A DNA stretch of 60,505 nucleotides, the filler included, from Globobulimina sp. (lineage: Eukaryota), in the NCBI GenBank assembly GCA_003354225.1. It is 11 parts of 11 records of this genome, joined end to end, with 100 filler letters (N's around TTAATTAATTAA, not from the genome) between each part and the next. Parts side by side here need not be neighbours in the genome. Positions count along the whole stretch, not along the records: positions 44,094 to 49,500 come from PIVH01000592.1; positions 49,601 to 55,005 come from PIVH01000593.1; positions 55,106 to 60,505 come from PIVH01000594.1; 8 more parts are not named here. One strand, 5' to 3'. Below, piece by piece: positions 48,224 through 60,505 of the stretch. The notes beneath the pieces are model-generated. The model was not told the DNA's origin. It did no database searches and was given only the letters and a program-made list of their open reading frames with translations. Position 1 is the stretch's first letter. Each line of letters starts with the position of its first letter. The translations under genes were made by a program, and so were the position numbers.

Positions 48224-49381
48224 TCACCGCATATAGCCAAACATGGTCGCTTTCTCAGTATTTTCAATGTAATCAATCATCCGTTGAATAAATGTCTGTG
48301 GCGGTATTTCATTTTGCTGTGCTTCAAACACAGAAAACGCCAAAGTGGCCTGTTCCAAACTGTAGCCGCGATCAACCACTATCTGAATCGCATTATTTTG
48401 AGTCCCACTCTCATGCATATTGTCGTACACATTTTCATGTATTTGATTGTGAAAATTATTATTATTATTATTAAAATTAAAATTATTATGAAAATTGTTC
48501 TGATTCTCATTATTCAAATTATTATTATTCTGATCCACATTTTGATTGAAATTACAAAAATCATATTGTGACTTTTTCAAAGCAATGGCTAAATCCATAT
48601 TTTCCTGCTCATTAAGCGATTTCTTGATCGCTTCGTCGACAGATTCTTTCTCAAACTGCGCCAAAGATTTCTCGATCGCAATGTCAAACTGTTGGTTATT
48701 TTCGTCATTCCCAGTGAACATTTTACGCGATTCGGCCAATGCAATATTAAAATATTCCAACTCCGTAGCTTCCATATCAGAAATGGCCAATGTCGCTTGC
48801 GAAGCATGTGTACTCCGTAAATATGACAATCTGATTTTGTCATCCTCGATTTCACCGACTTTGTCCCCATTTATCATATAGATATCCTGCTCGTTATTGT
48901 TCATAATCGAGTTATAGTGCGAGTTGCAATGATATGACAATCTGATTGGCGGCAATTTATGCAACTTATCATTGGCGTTATTATTGTTGGACAATGTAAA
49001 CGTTTTCATGGGTTTGTCATCGTACGCATAGATCTCAATGCTCCGCCCATAAATCTCTGAAAAGGCCTGAATTTCGAGGTTGTCGCCCCAGATCCCATTG
49101 TGTGACATGCGCACACAATACGCATCAAACACGTCTTTGTCGTGCCCGCCAGGCACATATGAGCCAAAATACTCATATTCGGACTGCAAATATAGCACAC
49201 ATTTCGCGCGTAATAGATTATGGAAGTCTTGTTTGCCATACACTTGATGCGATATACTGCGAAATAAACAATTCCCATCTTCCCCCATTGACTCTATATG
49301 CAATCCTTTACGTTGCAATTTGAGGGCAAATTGTTGTTCATCGCGTTCGATGTCCGTTTCCATGGTGCTCGCCGACTCCAT
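48224..49381 (-). CDS. OTU deubiquitinase (OTUD5-like) with UIM-like repeats and a UBA-like C-terminus, 5' truncated
   Basis: DGNCLFRS; WGDNLEIQA; IRLSYHCNSHYNS; repeats IALAES, IAIEKS, EAIKKS, IALKKS; VDRGYSLEQA. Confidence 0.9.
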   Translation of the reverse strand: MESASTMETDIERDEQQFALKLQRKGLHIESMGEDGNCLFRSISHQVYGKQDFHNLLRAKCVLYLQSEYEYFGSYVPGGHDKDVFDAYCVRMSHNGIWGDNLEIQAFSEIYGRSIEIYAYDDKPMKTFTLSNNNNANDKLHKLPPIRLSYHCNSHYNSIMNNNEQDIYMINGDKVGEIEDDKIRLSYLRSTHASQATLAISDMEATELEYFNIALAESRKMFTGNDENNQQFDIAIEKSLAQFEKESVDEAIKKSLNEQENMDLAIALKKSQYDFCNFNQNVDQNNNNLNNENQNNFHNNFNFNNNNNNFHNQIHENVYDNMHESGTQNNAIQIVVDRGYSLEQATLAFSVFEAQQNEIPPQTFIQRMIDYIENTEKATMFGYMR

Positions 49382-49382
49382 C

Positions 49383-49500
49383 ACCTGGACGGGGAGCGAT
49401 AGCGCCCAGCTTTATGGGCTGGAACGCTGGGGTGATCCTTACTTCTCCATCAACCCACGCGGGCATGTGAGCGTGCAACCACGCGGAGACCGTGGCGGAA
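49383..49500 (+). CDS. speA: Foreign fragment: N-terminus of a cyanobacterial biosynthetic arginine decarboxylase
   Basis: WTGSDSAQLYGLERWGDPYFSINPRGHVSVQPRGDRGG matches the Synechococcus-type SpeA start as I recall it; abrupt rise in GC. Confidence 0.8.
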
Positions 49501-49600
49501 NNNNNNNNNNNNNNNNNNNNNNNNNNNNNNNNNNNNNNNNNNNNTTAATTAATTAANNNNNNNNNNNNNNNNNNNNNNNNNNNNNNNNNNNNNNNNNNNN

Positions 49601-49918
49601 TAATATGTATGGTAAACAATCCTTAGCCATTTCTGATGCTTTTTGGTTCATCCACCATTTTTTCAAATCATCTTTTCTTTGTTTTTTGTCATATTCATTG
49701 ATTTTGTGCAAATATGTCTCGATTCCACAAAATACGAAATCAAATGAAAAATTCTTTTCTAATGGTTTTAATGATAACAACTTACATTTTTCTGTCATGA
49801 CCTTATTTATTGATTCGATTCGTGTCATCATTATACTATATTCTTCACGTTTAAAATCTGCATATTTACCTGTTATCAATACATTTAATTTATTGTTGCT
49901 GTTGCTATTGTTGCTCAT
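49601..49918 (-). CDS. N-terminus of a hypothetical protein, truncated
   Basis: ATG-started frame open to the contig edge. Confidence 0.45.
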
Positions 49919-50144
49919 GTTTCTGACTATTACGATTTTCGAAAGGATTTACCTAACCGGCGAACCCAAAACAATTAAGTGAGCATGGAGCCGGATCTAC
50001 TCCCCGCTGAATGCGCTCCCACTACTAAAGCTATAGATTGATATAAATCAGCGAAATTAAAGTAATTATTAATAATACAAAACAAAAACTAAAATGTAAA
50101 ATGTGTCAATTAACAATTTGATGATTCATTTAATTTAATTTAAT

Positions 50145-51263
50145 TTATTGAAAATCAATACCTTTTCCAAATACATCATCAATTGGATTATTTGTGAATT
50201 TTTTGAAGGCTTTATGTATTGTCGCTTTTCTTTCATTTTTGATAATATTTCGCATGAGTTTATTACTATAGTTATTATTATGGATTGCAGATTTTATTCG
50301 TTTTTGTTTTTTAATGGCCCTTCTTTCAACATTTGGATTTATAAAATGCTTATCCTGATAAATGGTGGAACCCATAAAGGAGCCTTGTATGATACGGATT
50401 GGATGTAAGACAAAACGTGGTCCTATTTCAACCAACATGGTATTCTGATTCGTATCATCATTGTCCTTATCATTATAAACAATTTGATAGTTTCGAACCC
50501 ACACTTTATTGTCCAATATCATGAAACTCATAGTTCGGTCAACAAACGGCTTTGACCTTGGATGGCCATTTGGTGTTCCAAATATTTGCATAAATAATTC
50601 TTTCATCACTTTATATTGAATTTCAGTGTCAAATTTTTTATCAAAAATTAAAATTGGTCTTGAACCATTTAAACAATTCCCAGTTAATCGCAATTCATTC
50701 CTTGTGTGTACACTCGTTACGTAAAACTTCATTGATGGCCCATTTGGACATCGACTAAACCATAAATACAAATCTGTGTTGCGTCGGCACTCGAAGAAAA
50801 TACAATTATTACAATTGTGTTCCCCACAAATCTCTTTTATCGTTGATAAATCCCGTTTATTATCAAATTTTGGTTCACTTTTGCTATGCGGTATTAATAT
50901 TTTTATATCATTCATTAAATGGCGCATTCTTTGATTGATTCCACGTGAAGCAAATACCAATGTTCTTTGTTTATTGATATATCTCGTTTTTCTCAATCTG
51001 TCGTTTTCATGAATTGTATGAGAATTTATAAGAGATACCAACTTTGCTTTCTTTTTTTCTTGTAAACGATGCAATTTCGCGCGTTTTCTACCTATCTCAT
51101 TTTTGTGTAAATTTTTATTTGATGATAACTCCAATTCTTTATCAATATCTTTTAATTCTAACTCTTGATCCATTTTATCGTTGTCTAGATCTGATAATTC
51201 CATATCAATGTCATTATCATCAGAAGAACTCGATACGTAGTGAGTTCCGACTCTTTTAATCAT
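50145..51263 (-). CDS. BRX1: Ribosome biogenesis protein Brx1 (Brix domain)
   Basis: NKQRTLVFASRGI; HLMNDI; DLYLW...PNGPS.KF; ELRLTGNCL.GSRP; HPRSKPF.D; EIGPRFVL. Confidence 0.93.
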   Translation of the reverse strand: MIKRVGTHYVSSSSDDNDIDMELSDLDNDKMDQELELKDIDKELELSSNKNLHKNEIGRKRAKLHRLQEKKKAKLVSLINSHTIHENDRLRKTRYINKQRTLVFASRGINQRMRHLMNDIKILIPHSKSEPKFDNKRDLSTIKEICGEHNCNNCIFFECRRNTDLYLWFSRCPNGPSMKFYVTSVHTRNELRLTGNCLNGSRPILIFDKKFDTEIQYKVMKELFMQIFGTPNGHPRSKPFVDRTMSFMILDNKVWVRNYQIVYNDKDNDDTNQNTMLVEIGPRFVLHPIRIIQGSFMGSTIYQDKHFINPNVERRAIKKQKRIKSAIHNNNYSNKLMRNIIKNERKATIHKAFKKFTNNPIDDVFGKGIDFQ

Positions 51264-51332
51264 GCTGCGATTCTCAGACGGTTTTTCAGCTATTTTAGTA
51301 ATTAGTATCAAAAAACATCATTGAACTGCAAC

Positions 51333-54300
51333 ATGATCTACGACAGTATTTTAGTGTGTCACTTTCCACGTGACGCTTTTACCACAGTCAACCAAAAAGC
51401 AGCTGAACAATTTCTTTGGGTGTTTTTATCAGATTTCAATGTATTGCAAATATCATCCGGTGAGAGATGGTTAGAAATACAATGTGGTAAATCAATATCA
51501 CAACAACAAGTCCGTTCATTAAATACAAAATTGCAACATTCCATTGAATCTGCAATATCTGATTATGATATTATGCAACACACGAAATTATATTTAAAAA
51601 TAATGTATGAAATGGGTCGTTTAGCTGAAGGTGTGGCACAAATTATAAATGTCAAAGACAGTACAATGTGTCATGGTGTTGCCTCTGAATTGTTAACTAA
51701 TATTAAAAAATTTGCTGGCATTTCACTACCACAAAGGTTACAATTATACCAGCAACACAATAACCAGGTCTTTCTATATTAATTCATAGATGAATATGAT
51801 GCGAATTTGCGTTCATTTTCATATACACATTGAAACGTTAACAGTTTGGCTATATGGATTTACCTGATTTTGGTGGTGTACATGGTGGTGTATCACATGG
51901 ATTTGGTCCAACTGCACCAATGAATAGCCTTGGCATCAATAGTATGGGTAACAGCATGTTATCGTTTCATCAAAAGCAACAATTATTAAATCAACTCGCT
52001 CAAATTAATTATATGCAACAATTACAGCAAATGAGTCCATATAACAATCCAATACAATTCCAGCAACACACACAACCACAAAATATATTATTACAACAAC
52101 AGAAGTTATTACTTCAACAACAATTGAATGAAATGAAGAATAATGATAGTAAACAAAGAGGATCCTTTCATACAAAACAGCAAAAACAATACAAACAACC
52201 GAAGCAAAAACAAAATGATAAAATTAATATTAATACGATCGCCAACCATAATAATAATAATGACATAAATAACGAATATATGCAATTGTTGGAGAAAGCG
52301 CAAGCAAGCAAAAATAAGAAAAAACCCAAGAAAGCAAAAAAAAAGAAGAAAAAAGCAAAGAAAAAATCTATAAAACAAAGTTCAAACAGTGAAACGAGTT
52401 CAGATTCAGATGATGACGATGACAGTGACAGTGATAGTGATGAGAGTGATGATGACAGTGAAGATTCATCGGAGAGTGATGGAATACAGCTGCCGCAGTC
52501 TAAAATGATGAGTCAATCATCGGTGCCAAACCATAAAGGCGGTATAGGATTGGTAGAAGATGATGATATGAAATATCCGCCCATTCCATTTGGTGCTAAT
52601 AATAATGATGGCGATATAAACTTAGATCCAATGAAAACTCCGCACTCCCCACATGTATCTGATATATATATATATATATCTATATTGTACATCCCATCGA
52701 TTCCCATTCCCCTCTACCTCCCCCTCTCTCTCTCTGTCATGCCATCTCTTTTAGAAACAAAGAGAAGAAGATTTAGATACAATTTTCAATGAACACCATG
52801 ATGCACACTTATCCTCTCCCAAACATACAAAAAAGCACAAGAAATCCAAAAAAGCACTCAAAAAAGCCAAGAAAAAGAAGAAGAAATCGAGTGACAGCGA
52901 TGATAGCGATACGGACACTGACAGTGATAGTGATGATGAGGATGATGATGACGATACTGATACAGATTCGGATGATGAGTCAGATGAAGAGGATGATACA
53001 GACACTGACAGCGATTCAGACTCTGATTCAGATAGCGATGAAGATGAAGATAGTGAAGAATCATCCGATTCGCATTCAAGTGAGAGCGATGAAACAAAAT
53101 CATTTAAAATCAATAGAAAACAACAGAAAAAATTTGAAAAAGATTTAGATTTATTATTAAATGGACGCGTTGATGAATATATAAAGAAAAATATGCCAAT
53201 GGAAATTGCTGGAATGTCTCCCCCACAAAATACCGATATGAATATCAATATAAATAGGGATGAATTACGACCACATTCATTAAGTATACAAATCAAAGAT
53301 GTTGAATTATTAAAACAGACCATTGGGAATGTCAAACATGAGAATGATTCCAATGATTCTAATGACGACGAACCGGAGATACCGCATAATAAAAAAGCAA
53401 CAGTGGTTCATGAAGAGGCCAAAGATTTAGTTTATGAAACACCCAAATCGCCACTCGATGATAGCGAGATATTGGGAAAATCAAGAAATAGGAAATTAGA
53501 TCGCATGCTACGAGGCAGCAAATCTAATATTGAATACACCAAAAGAGTGCTTGGAATGGTCAAAAGTGATCGGACTCCCAAACCAGACATGAAACTCGAT
53601 ATAAAACCGGATACAATCCAAGAAAAAGAGGAAAAAGAAGAAAAAGAACAGGATAAAACACCAAGTAAACATAAGCAACATTTGGATAATATGATAGATG
53701 ATATATTAGCGGGTAAAAACTTTGTCCCTTTCGATCAAAATGAAGATAAAGCTCGGCAAAGCAATGAAGATATAAATGATGTTATTAATATTATTGATAT
53801 TGAGCACGAAGAAAAGAAACAAGATGTTGTCGTTGCGGATGAATTGGAACAGATTGATATGGAAATAAAAGCCGCGATGGAGAATGCAAAACAAAGTATA
53901 ATGACAAACCCAATGCCAACAGCAAAGGGTAACCAATTGCAGCACCATCAGGTAAATATACGCGTAGATAATTTAGACGATGACGATGACGACGATGTGG
54001 ATGAAATGTTTGTGGATAACAGCGGTGTCGGCGGGAACCGCTCCTTTCAGAGTTTGATTAAGACGGCCATTGGTCCCACTGCTATTGACGCAAAACAAGG
54101 CATCAAAAGCTCAGGCCATCACAAACGGCAATCCACGCGCTTATTGTTAGACAGCTTACGGCCATCCACTGCGCATGGCATTAATGAGATGGATGAGCAA
54201 CACCAACACCAACCTGCCTACACCCACACACATGCACAGGTGGCTGACCAATTTGAGGAAGACGTCGAACTCACCAGACATATCACGTGGGGCATGATAT

Positions 54301-54699
54301 TGATTGAATTGGATAACTTCGAACGTTTATTACAAGTCACCTTAATGGATACGGAAGAGTTAATCGACATCATTCAGAATTTAATTGATGAATCCTTGGA
54401 ATACGAGAACCAATATGTCGACCATATGACCGAAGGGCAATTTGTGTTGCTGACTCCGGTGGATATTATAATATCCGATATCGAGGAGAAAAAATATGGT
54501 CGTATTGGCGGGATAAATAATGAATATTTCTACGAAAAGAAAGAGGATCGATTGCGAGACATTGCCGCCACTGTATTGCAACATTTGTCCCGCGAGGAAG
54601 AGCAATTAGAGTTTTGTATGGGGGTCGCCTTACAAGATCGCGTGTCATCGGACCAAGAATGGTTTGAGATCGCGAGGGAATCCTTGGAAGAGATGAAGG
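51333..54699 (+). CDS. Large multi-exon low-complexity protein with a C-terminal degenerate GGDEF-like domain, 3' truncated
   Basis: Gln-, Lys- and Asp/Ser-rich exons; MILIELDNF...EGQFVLL...FCMGVA...WFEIARESLEEMK. Confidence 0.55.
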
Positions 54700-55336
54700 C
54701 AATCCGCCGGCACTGCGAGTCGCCGAATGAGCACGATGAGAGGCACGCGATGGTGGTCCTGCAACTCCGTGCCAAGCAGACCAGACCTGGGTGAGCGAAC
54801 CAGTGAGAGTCCGGCGGCAGTTCCAGACAGAAGTGGTTGCCCATAGTGAAGTGGACCGACAACAAGCGGCAGATGTTCGAGAGGATGGTAACCGCGTTCG
54901 GATCCTCCTGGATCAAGTCAATCTTGACGAAGATCAGTTTGACGCAGCCGCTCCAAACGAGCCTGAATGCAAGATCCAATTGAGAGCCTGGACCCTCGAT
55001 CAGACNNNNNNNNNNNNNNNNNNNNNNNNNNNNNNNNNNNNNNNNNNNNTTAATTAATTAANNNNNNNNNNNNNNNNNNNNNNNNNNNNNNNNNNNNNNN
55101 NNNNNAAAAACGAAAAAAAAAAAAACGATGGAAAACGCGATAATATAATAACAAATTTTAAATTAATAAATTTTAAAAAAATATAATATAGAGTCACTAA
55201 ACAAACATAATTGTAAGTTTTTTTTGATTTCAATTAACCAGAAAACATTGGTCAAACAAGTATGCAAATATTCAAACATCACAACACTCCAAAAATATAT
55301 AAAATCAATAAAATGTTATTAGTAAAATCTGTAAAA

Positions 55337-56783
55337 TTATATTGCCCCCACCTTCCAATTAATAATTCGTAAATGTTGGTCCTTTAATGACAAATCAAAT
55401 GCTTTATTGAATAAAACGTCGATATCTTCAATAGTTTGATTCATAGATTGCAAAGCTTCCATAATATCTGAAAAATCATTTAATTTTAATAAATATTTTT
55501 CATTCATTTTCATTAAAGCCAAAGAGACGCGAAATATGGCAGGGATGCCTTCATACAAATAAATGTCCCATATTCTATAAACAAAATCAAACGATTTAAA
55601 TCCATCACTCCCAAAACAACAATAATTTGTAATAAACCATTTCGACGCATATAACGCTGGAATAATACCAAAAAACTCCAAATGTGAATGTAATTTCACC
55701 TCCAATTCCTTCAATAATCCATCAAATTGAAAATAACGCAAATTTAGTAACGGTAAACCGTCCAAATACAATCCGCGCATAGCAAATTTCGGCGAATTCT
55801 CGCGATCTAAAATACTGCACAAACACCAAAATGCTTCGTCCTCAGTCATTAGCATCAAGAATAGCGCAGCAATATAGCCCATACCTTGGGTATATCCCAA
55901 AGCAATGTCGTGATTTGCTAATGCATATAATACATTGCGTAACGACTCTTTTCCACTGTTTTTGTTGAAGAGTACATGTCGCGGAAAGGTACGGTTCAAA
56001 TCTCGATCGATGGCATCCTTATATTCCTGCGCTGGCTCTTGATATCGAATGCGATAATAATATGCTTTATGTTTGCCAGGAATGTCGCCAACATTTAACA
56101 TCTTTTTCCAAACTAATGCCCGCAATGCGGACGGTATTCCTTTGCGAATTTGCTGTTTTAACTGTACGTTGTTTTTGTTTTTATTTTTAGAACGTTTCAG
56201 TTTCGAAAACGGTTTTTTTTTGTTTGTTACTGTATAGAAGGCATACTTTATGTTTTTTTATGCTGTTAAAAGTATCCCAATTATCAACGATATGCAACCA
56301 TTCATAGATGCGCTGATTGTGTTTTCTTATGCTATTGCGATGTGAGACGCTGCCGATTTCCTTTAATTTTTCTTTTCTTTGTTCGAGAGAGAGTAAGAAA
56401 CCGTGTTCGTCGATGTAACTATAAGCAGAGGAGGAGGAAATTGATGAATGCGATATTGTTGACATGGATGAGATGGACGAGATGGATTGTTTTGGTTTTT
56501 TATCGTTTTTTGACTCGTTTATGTTGGGAAATAATACCGGTTTTATATCTGGACAAAATCGTTGGACTGATTTCGTTTTTTTGCCATATATAATTCGCAA
56601 CCATTCCCCTTCTGAATCTATAAAACGATCTACTATTTTTCCATCATACCATTCGTTTTCTGATCTAGAATATATCTCTAATTCTGAGCCTATTTTCCAT
56701 GCAAAACGTGTAATTTTATCTTCTTCGTTACCTGTATATGATTCAGGTACGCTTGTATAATTTGAGAAATTAAAATTTATCAT
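55337..56783 (-). CDS. TBC-domain Rab-GAP with an N-terminal Tudor/Agenet-like repeat (2 exons)
   Basis: GIPSALRALVW; IDRDLNRTFP; GYTQGM; EAFW; RIWD; N-terminal WKIGSELEIYS...WYDG. Confidence 0.9.
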
Positions 56784-56914
56784 TGTGTAATTATTGTGTT
56801 ATTAATTGTATTGTAACGAGTTTGAGGTTTAATACGTAATTAATTAATATTTTTAATTACTGAGTTTGAGTTAAAAAAAACTGTTTCTCACTGAGTCATA
56901 TCCGGTACATTGTG

Positions 56915-58391
56915 ATGGCATCCTCACAGTTTTATTTTGGAATGTTATTCTATGGTAATATTACTGCATATATTCCATTATTAGTGGAACGTTTCTATAA
57001 CCAACAACAACATTTGCTACTTCATCAAATTATTGATATTGGATTAGGTTCTATTTATACAGATATCTCATGCTCAATGCAAGCAAAAATAACTTCCATT
57101 GCACATTCACGAATTAGATATGTTTCCAAACATAAAAAATATAGCAAATCATTGCAATTTATTCAATTCAGACAGAAATTATATCTTTTACCAAAACGAA
57201 AATTTGTCCAATTTTTATGCAAATTATGCATGTTACTAATGGATAATAGTCAGAATAATTTATTTGCAAAACTGCTAATATTTGGTTTCGAACATTATAG
57301 ACATAAAAATAAAGTGACCTTAGATATATTAAACCGTATAATCCATGATTTATGTGATCAGTTTTTGATTTCACCAAAATATGTAACATGTACTAAAAAC
57401 AATGAACAAACGGTTTGCTTCGGATTTTGTAGAAATTATAACACGCCAACTAACGTCGTGCAATTATGTCATTATTATTATTTTATTTTATTATGTATAC
57501 AATATATATGTTATCTCACTTTTTATTTTCAGATTGTATTGTGTTTAGAAGTTTTTTATCAGATTGTTTTTGTTCACTCAAAACAGTTTCTTATTTCAAT
57601 TTTACCTCTTTGAAGAAGGCCTTCATTATAAGGTCGAAACGTCAGACATTGTACATTTAGATAGTTCGATCAAATCCCTCTCTTCACTATCGCCCTTCTT
57701 TCTAATTTATCTATTAAATACAGAAACACCTCTCCTATATTATTATTATTTTATATTATATTTTGCTACAAATTCTGCTGAAATTGATGAACAATTTGGA
57801 AATAAATATGTTTCCAAAATCTGTCATTATATGCAAACAGCGAAAATATTTAATAAAAGAAACGTTTCTGATTTATGGGATAAATCAATTACAAACATTA
57901 GAAATAACATAAACACCGCATTCAATACAGTTGAAAGAATCGAAGCATTTATCAAACCCAAACATCATTGGTATTCAGCATTCGGTACAAATATAATCCG
58001 TTTTGGCGAGAAAAAAATGTGGAAACTGCACATTTCACCATATCTCGGAAATGTATTGATTGGTATTGTTAAATGTATGGAGAATAAATATATGAAATAC
58101 AACAAAAAAGAGGACTTTGCATTCGATGGTTTTGCATTTATGCCTGGATCGGGTATGGTTTATAATGGTAAACATGGAAAACGAATAAGTGAGAAGAAAT
58201 TTGATTGGATTCCAAATAAAGGATATTTTGCTGTGACAATTATTTTGGATATGACTCAGTTAAAATGTTCGTTGAGATTTGTCATTGATGCTACTGACAT
58301 TGGAGTTGTATTTGATGAAGAAATTGATCCAACACTTCAATATAAGATTGCTATTTCAATGCATGAGCCTCAAAAAGTAGAGATTTTATAG
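56915..58391 (+). CDS. Multi-exon hypothetical protein with a C-terminal SPRY-like domain
   Basis: SAFGTNII...WKLHI...IGIV...IILDM...LRF...YKIAISM pattern; exon boundaries uncertain. Confidence 0.55.
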
Positions 58392-58549
58392 TTGGCATTA
58401 AATTGATAGTTTTTTCTTTTCTCTCCTTTCAATTTATACGTTGATTTTTTGGTTGTACGTTGTAAACTTATTTTGAATTATTCTTTAACTTATCCCAAGG
58501 ACATCAGTGCGATATTTGTGCGTCATTCTTTATGGAAAAGGGTATATTA

Positions 58550-59692
58550 TTAAGTGCAAGCAATATTAGATTCAATTTCTACAAAATTTTGGCATGGTGC
58601 AATTGTATCAGCTTTGATAACCTGATACGACGAAATTCTTGGATTACATTTCCATATAATTGTCATTATCGACTCATATCCATCACATTTCTGACCATTT
58701 AAATATATAAATTGCCAACTCTTTTCCACTGAGTTATAACTAACTGAATGATACTGCATTTCCCATATTGCCACATATTGTTTGCATCCAAGTGCTACAA
58801 TATCATATACATCAATCATATCCATTGTATCATTACATTTTTGTGCATTTCTACATGGTGAATACCTATAAAATAAATTATCATTTGATTCTAACTGCGC
58901 AACAATAGTGCCATTATCCAATGTGCTTAAATCCAATACATTTGCACCATTATTTGCATTCCATTTACAATATTCAATTGGAATACTTGTTGTTGTTGTA
59001 TATATACCGGGACACGCCCATTTACTTCGTATATTGAATTCATATGTACATGATATACCAAGCTCGCCTGCATAGTACAGTTATAGTAAGAATAAAACGA
59101 TACGATCAGCAAAATACATGCCACATTTTGTACGATCAGCAAAGTAACAGAAATTTAATGAGCAGATCGTTCCAAGCAACGCGTACAAAATGTTACACAT
59201 TTTCAGAAACTGTAGAAAGGGTTACAAACCAGCCGATATTACCTGATAATCACCAGCTGTCGGATCACAATAAAAAAAAGCATTAAAAATTCTTGGCGCG
59301 CCACAGCCTGCATCGTCTCCATTTTGATACACAAATTGCCATGTTCCATTTCCAACGGAATTATAAGTTGGCTGCACAGTTGAATCGAAAAAAGAAATAA
59401 CTGTACATATATCCGGCGCACCATCTAATGTCTGAATAACCTGTCCTGTATTCCATCCATTACTACCGGCAGAATTTGCACACAAACCTGCTGCACTTCT
59501 GCATGGAGTGTATGTGTAAGTATGTTTGTCATTAAATGCATCAGCCACATGAATTAATTTTGCATATTGTAGTGCATCCAGATAGAACACTGTGCCTGTG
59601 TTTACATCTGTGAATACACATTGTTCTTGCAATTGGCTCGCAGATACTTTGTTTATGAATTGTAATGTCAAAATTAGGAATAACGACAGCAT
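58550..59692 (-). CDS. Secreted protein with two mannose-6-phosphate-receptor-homology (MRH) domains
   Basis: Signal peptide; two repeats of C...LDL/YLD...Y.Y.PCR...C...WQF.Y.NG..C...C.P...C...S..AC; intron 59068-59229. Confidence 0.75.
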
Positions 59693-60004
59693 GATTGAGC
59701 ATAAAAGTATTGCAAAAACTAAGTTCGAACATCTAAAAGCTTTTAATTTTGAAGCGATCTAGTCTACGACACAACTATTGAGCTAATTTTAATTTTGGTG
59801 ATCGGACTTCAACTTTTGGAGTTAATCGCTCACCACAATAAATTAGATCAATAGTTATGACTGCAGTGATGTGGAATATTAATATGATGCGGCAATATCA
59901 CATATTATCATAATTGTACGCCAATTTGTTTTGTACATAATATATTTATATATTTTACAAATCAAGTTTTCAAAAAAGAATAAAAAAGAATAAATACAAT
60001 TTAA

Positions 60005-60471
60005 TTACATTGCGCCAATCAAATGAGAATTGGCCAAATTGCGTTGGATTATACCAATCCTGACATCATGAAACACAATTTCAATGTTTGATTGTTGAGT
60101 AGCTGTCGTAATATGGATAAATATGGACGTTATTTTTGGATTTGTATTCCTTGCACGATATTCCTCCATAATAAACTTGACTGACTTAGCATAGCAATGA
60201 TCAAACCACGCATCGTCACTCACCATCGCCAACTCTTTGGCTTCTTCACTCCGCTTATCGCCATAATTGGGCCCAACATATCCATCGCCAAAGCACACAG
60301 ACAGCGGGATCTCATCCGCCCGCAAACGCTGCACAAACAAATCATTCTTATTCAAGAACAATATGAACTGATTGTGTTTGGACGAAAACCATTTCGAATT
60401 TACGATCTCCGCAAACACTTTAAACGATTCTTGCATTGAATTCACGCGTTCGTCCTCAAACAGCACGCAAC
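60005..60471 (-). CDS. Heterotrimeric G-protein alpha subunit, last exon
   Basis: LFEDERVNSMQES; FILFLNKNDLF; HITTAT...IEIVF..VR. Confidence 0.9.
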
Positions 60472-60505
60472 CTAAAAAAGAATAGATTTATTAAAATTTG
60501 AGTGC

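Noticed and set aside
52660-52740. (AT)n and CT-rich tract as a functional element
   Set aside because: Simple microsatellite and pyrimidine tract inside a probable intron
8164-60505. Stop-codon reassignment as the cause of fragmented ORFs
   Set aside because: Nearly all the breaks I traced are resolved by canonical short introns, and long exons read through in the standard code

Overview
This is not one continuous locus. It is 11 unrelated contigs of about 5.4 kb, sorted by decreasing length and joined by artificial 100-nt linkers (44 N + TTAATTAATTAA + 44 N). Contig spans: 1-5416, 5517-10932, 11033-16444, 16545-21955, 22056-27465, 27566-32975, 33076-38484, 38585-43993, 44094-49500, 49601-55005, 55106-60505. 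The DNA is AT-rich, gene-dense and eukaryotic, with short GT-AG introns and the standard genetic code. The gene families suggest a foraminiferan or related rhizarian (inference), probably from an amplified single-cell assembly, because several contig ends carry foreign or chimeric fragments, including a cyanobacterial speA piece. The main highlight is contig 1, an apparently intact tyrosine-recombinase retrotransposon (gag, RT/RNase H, YR; DIRS order, Ngaro-like). It is circularly permuted, has a hairpin-rich noncoding junction, and may express all three ORFs by alternative splicing from one leader exon. Other highlights are a spliced tyrosinase + matrix-metalloprotease fusion gene, a single-chain DOMON-DOMON-cytochrome b561-cytochrome b5-b5 reductase gene, a Ubl-Ubl-ADP-ribosyltransferase-like gene, a giant-virus-type Cys/His ORF and a degenerate GGDEF-like domain. 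More ordinary genes include WASH1, BRX1, a Cu-ATPase, an OTU deubiquitinase, a TBC Rab-GAP, a G-alpha, GPCR-like proteins, and MATH, jacalin, PLXDC-like and MRH proteins. All domain calls are by-eye motif recognition; no searches were run.
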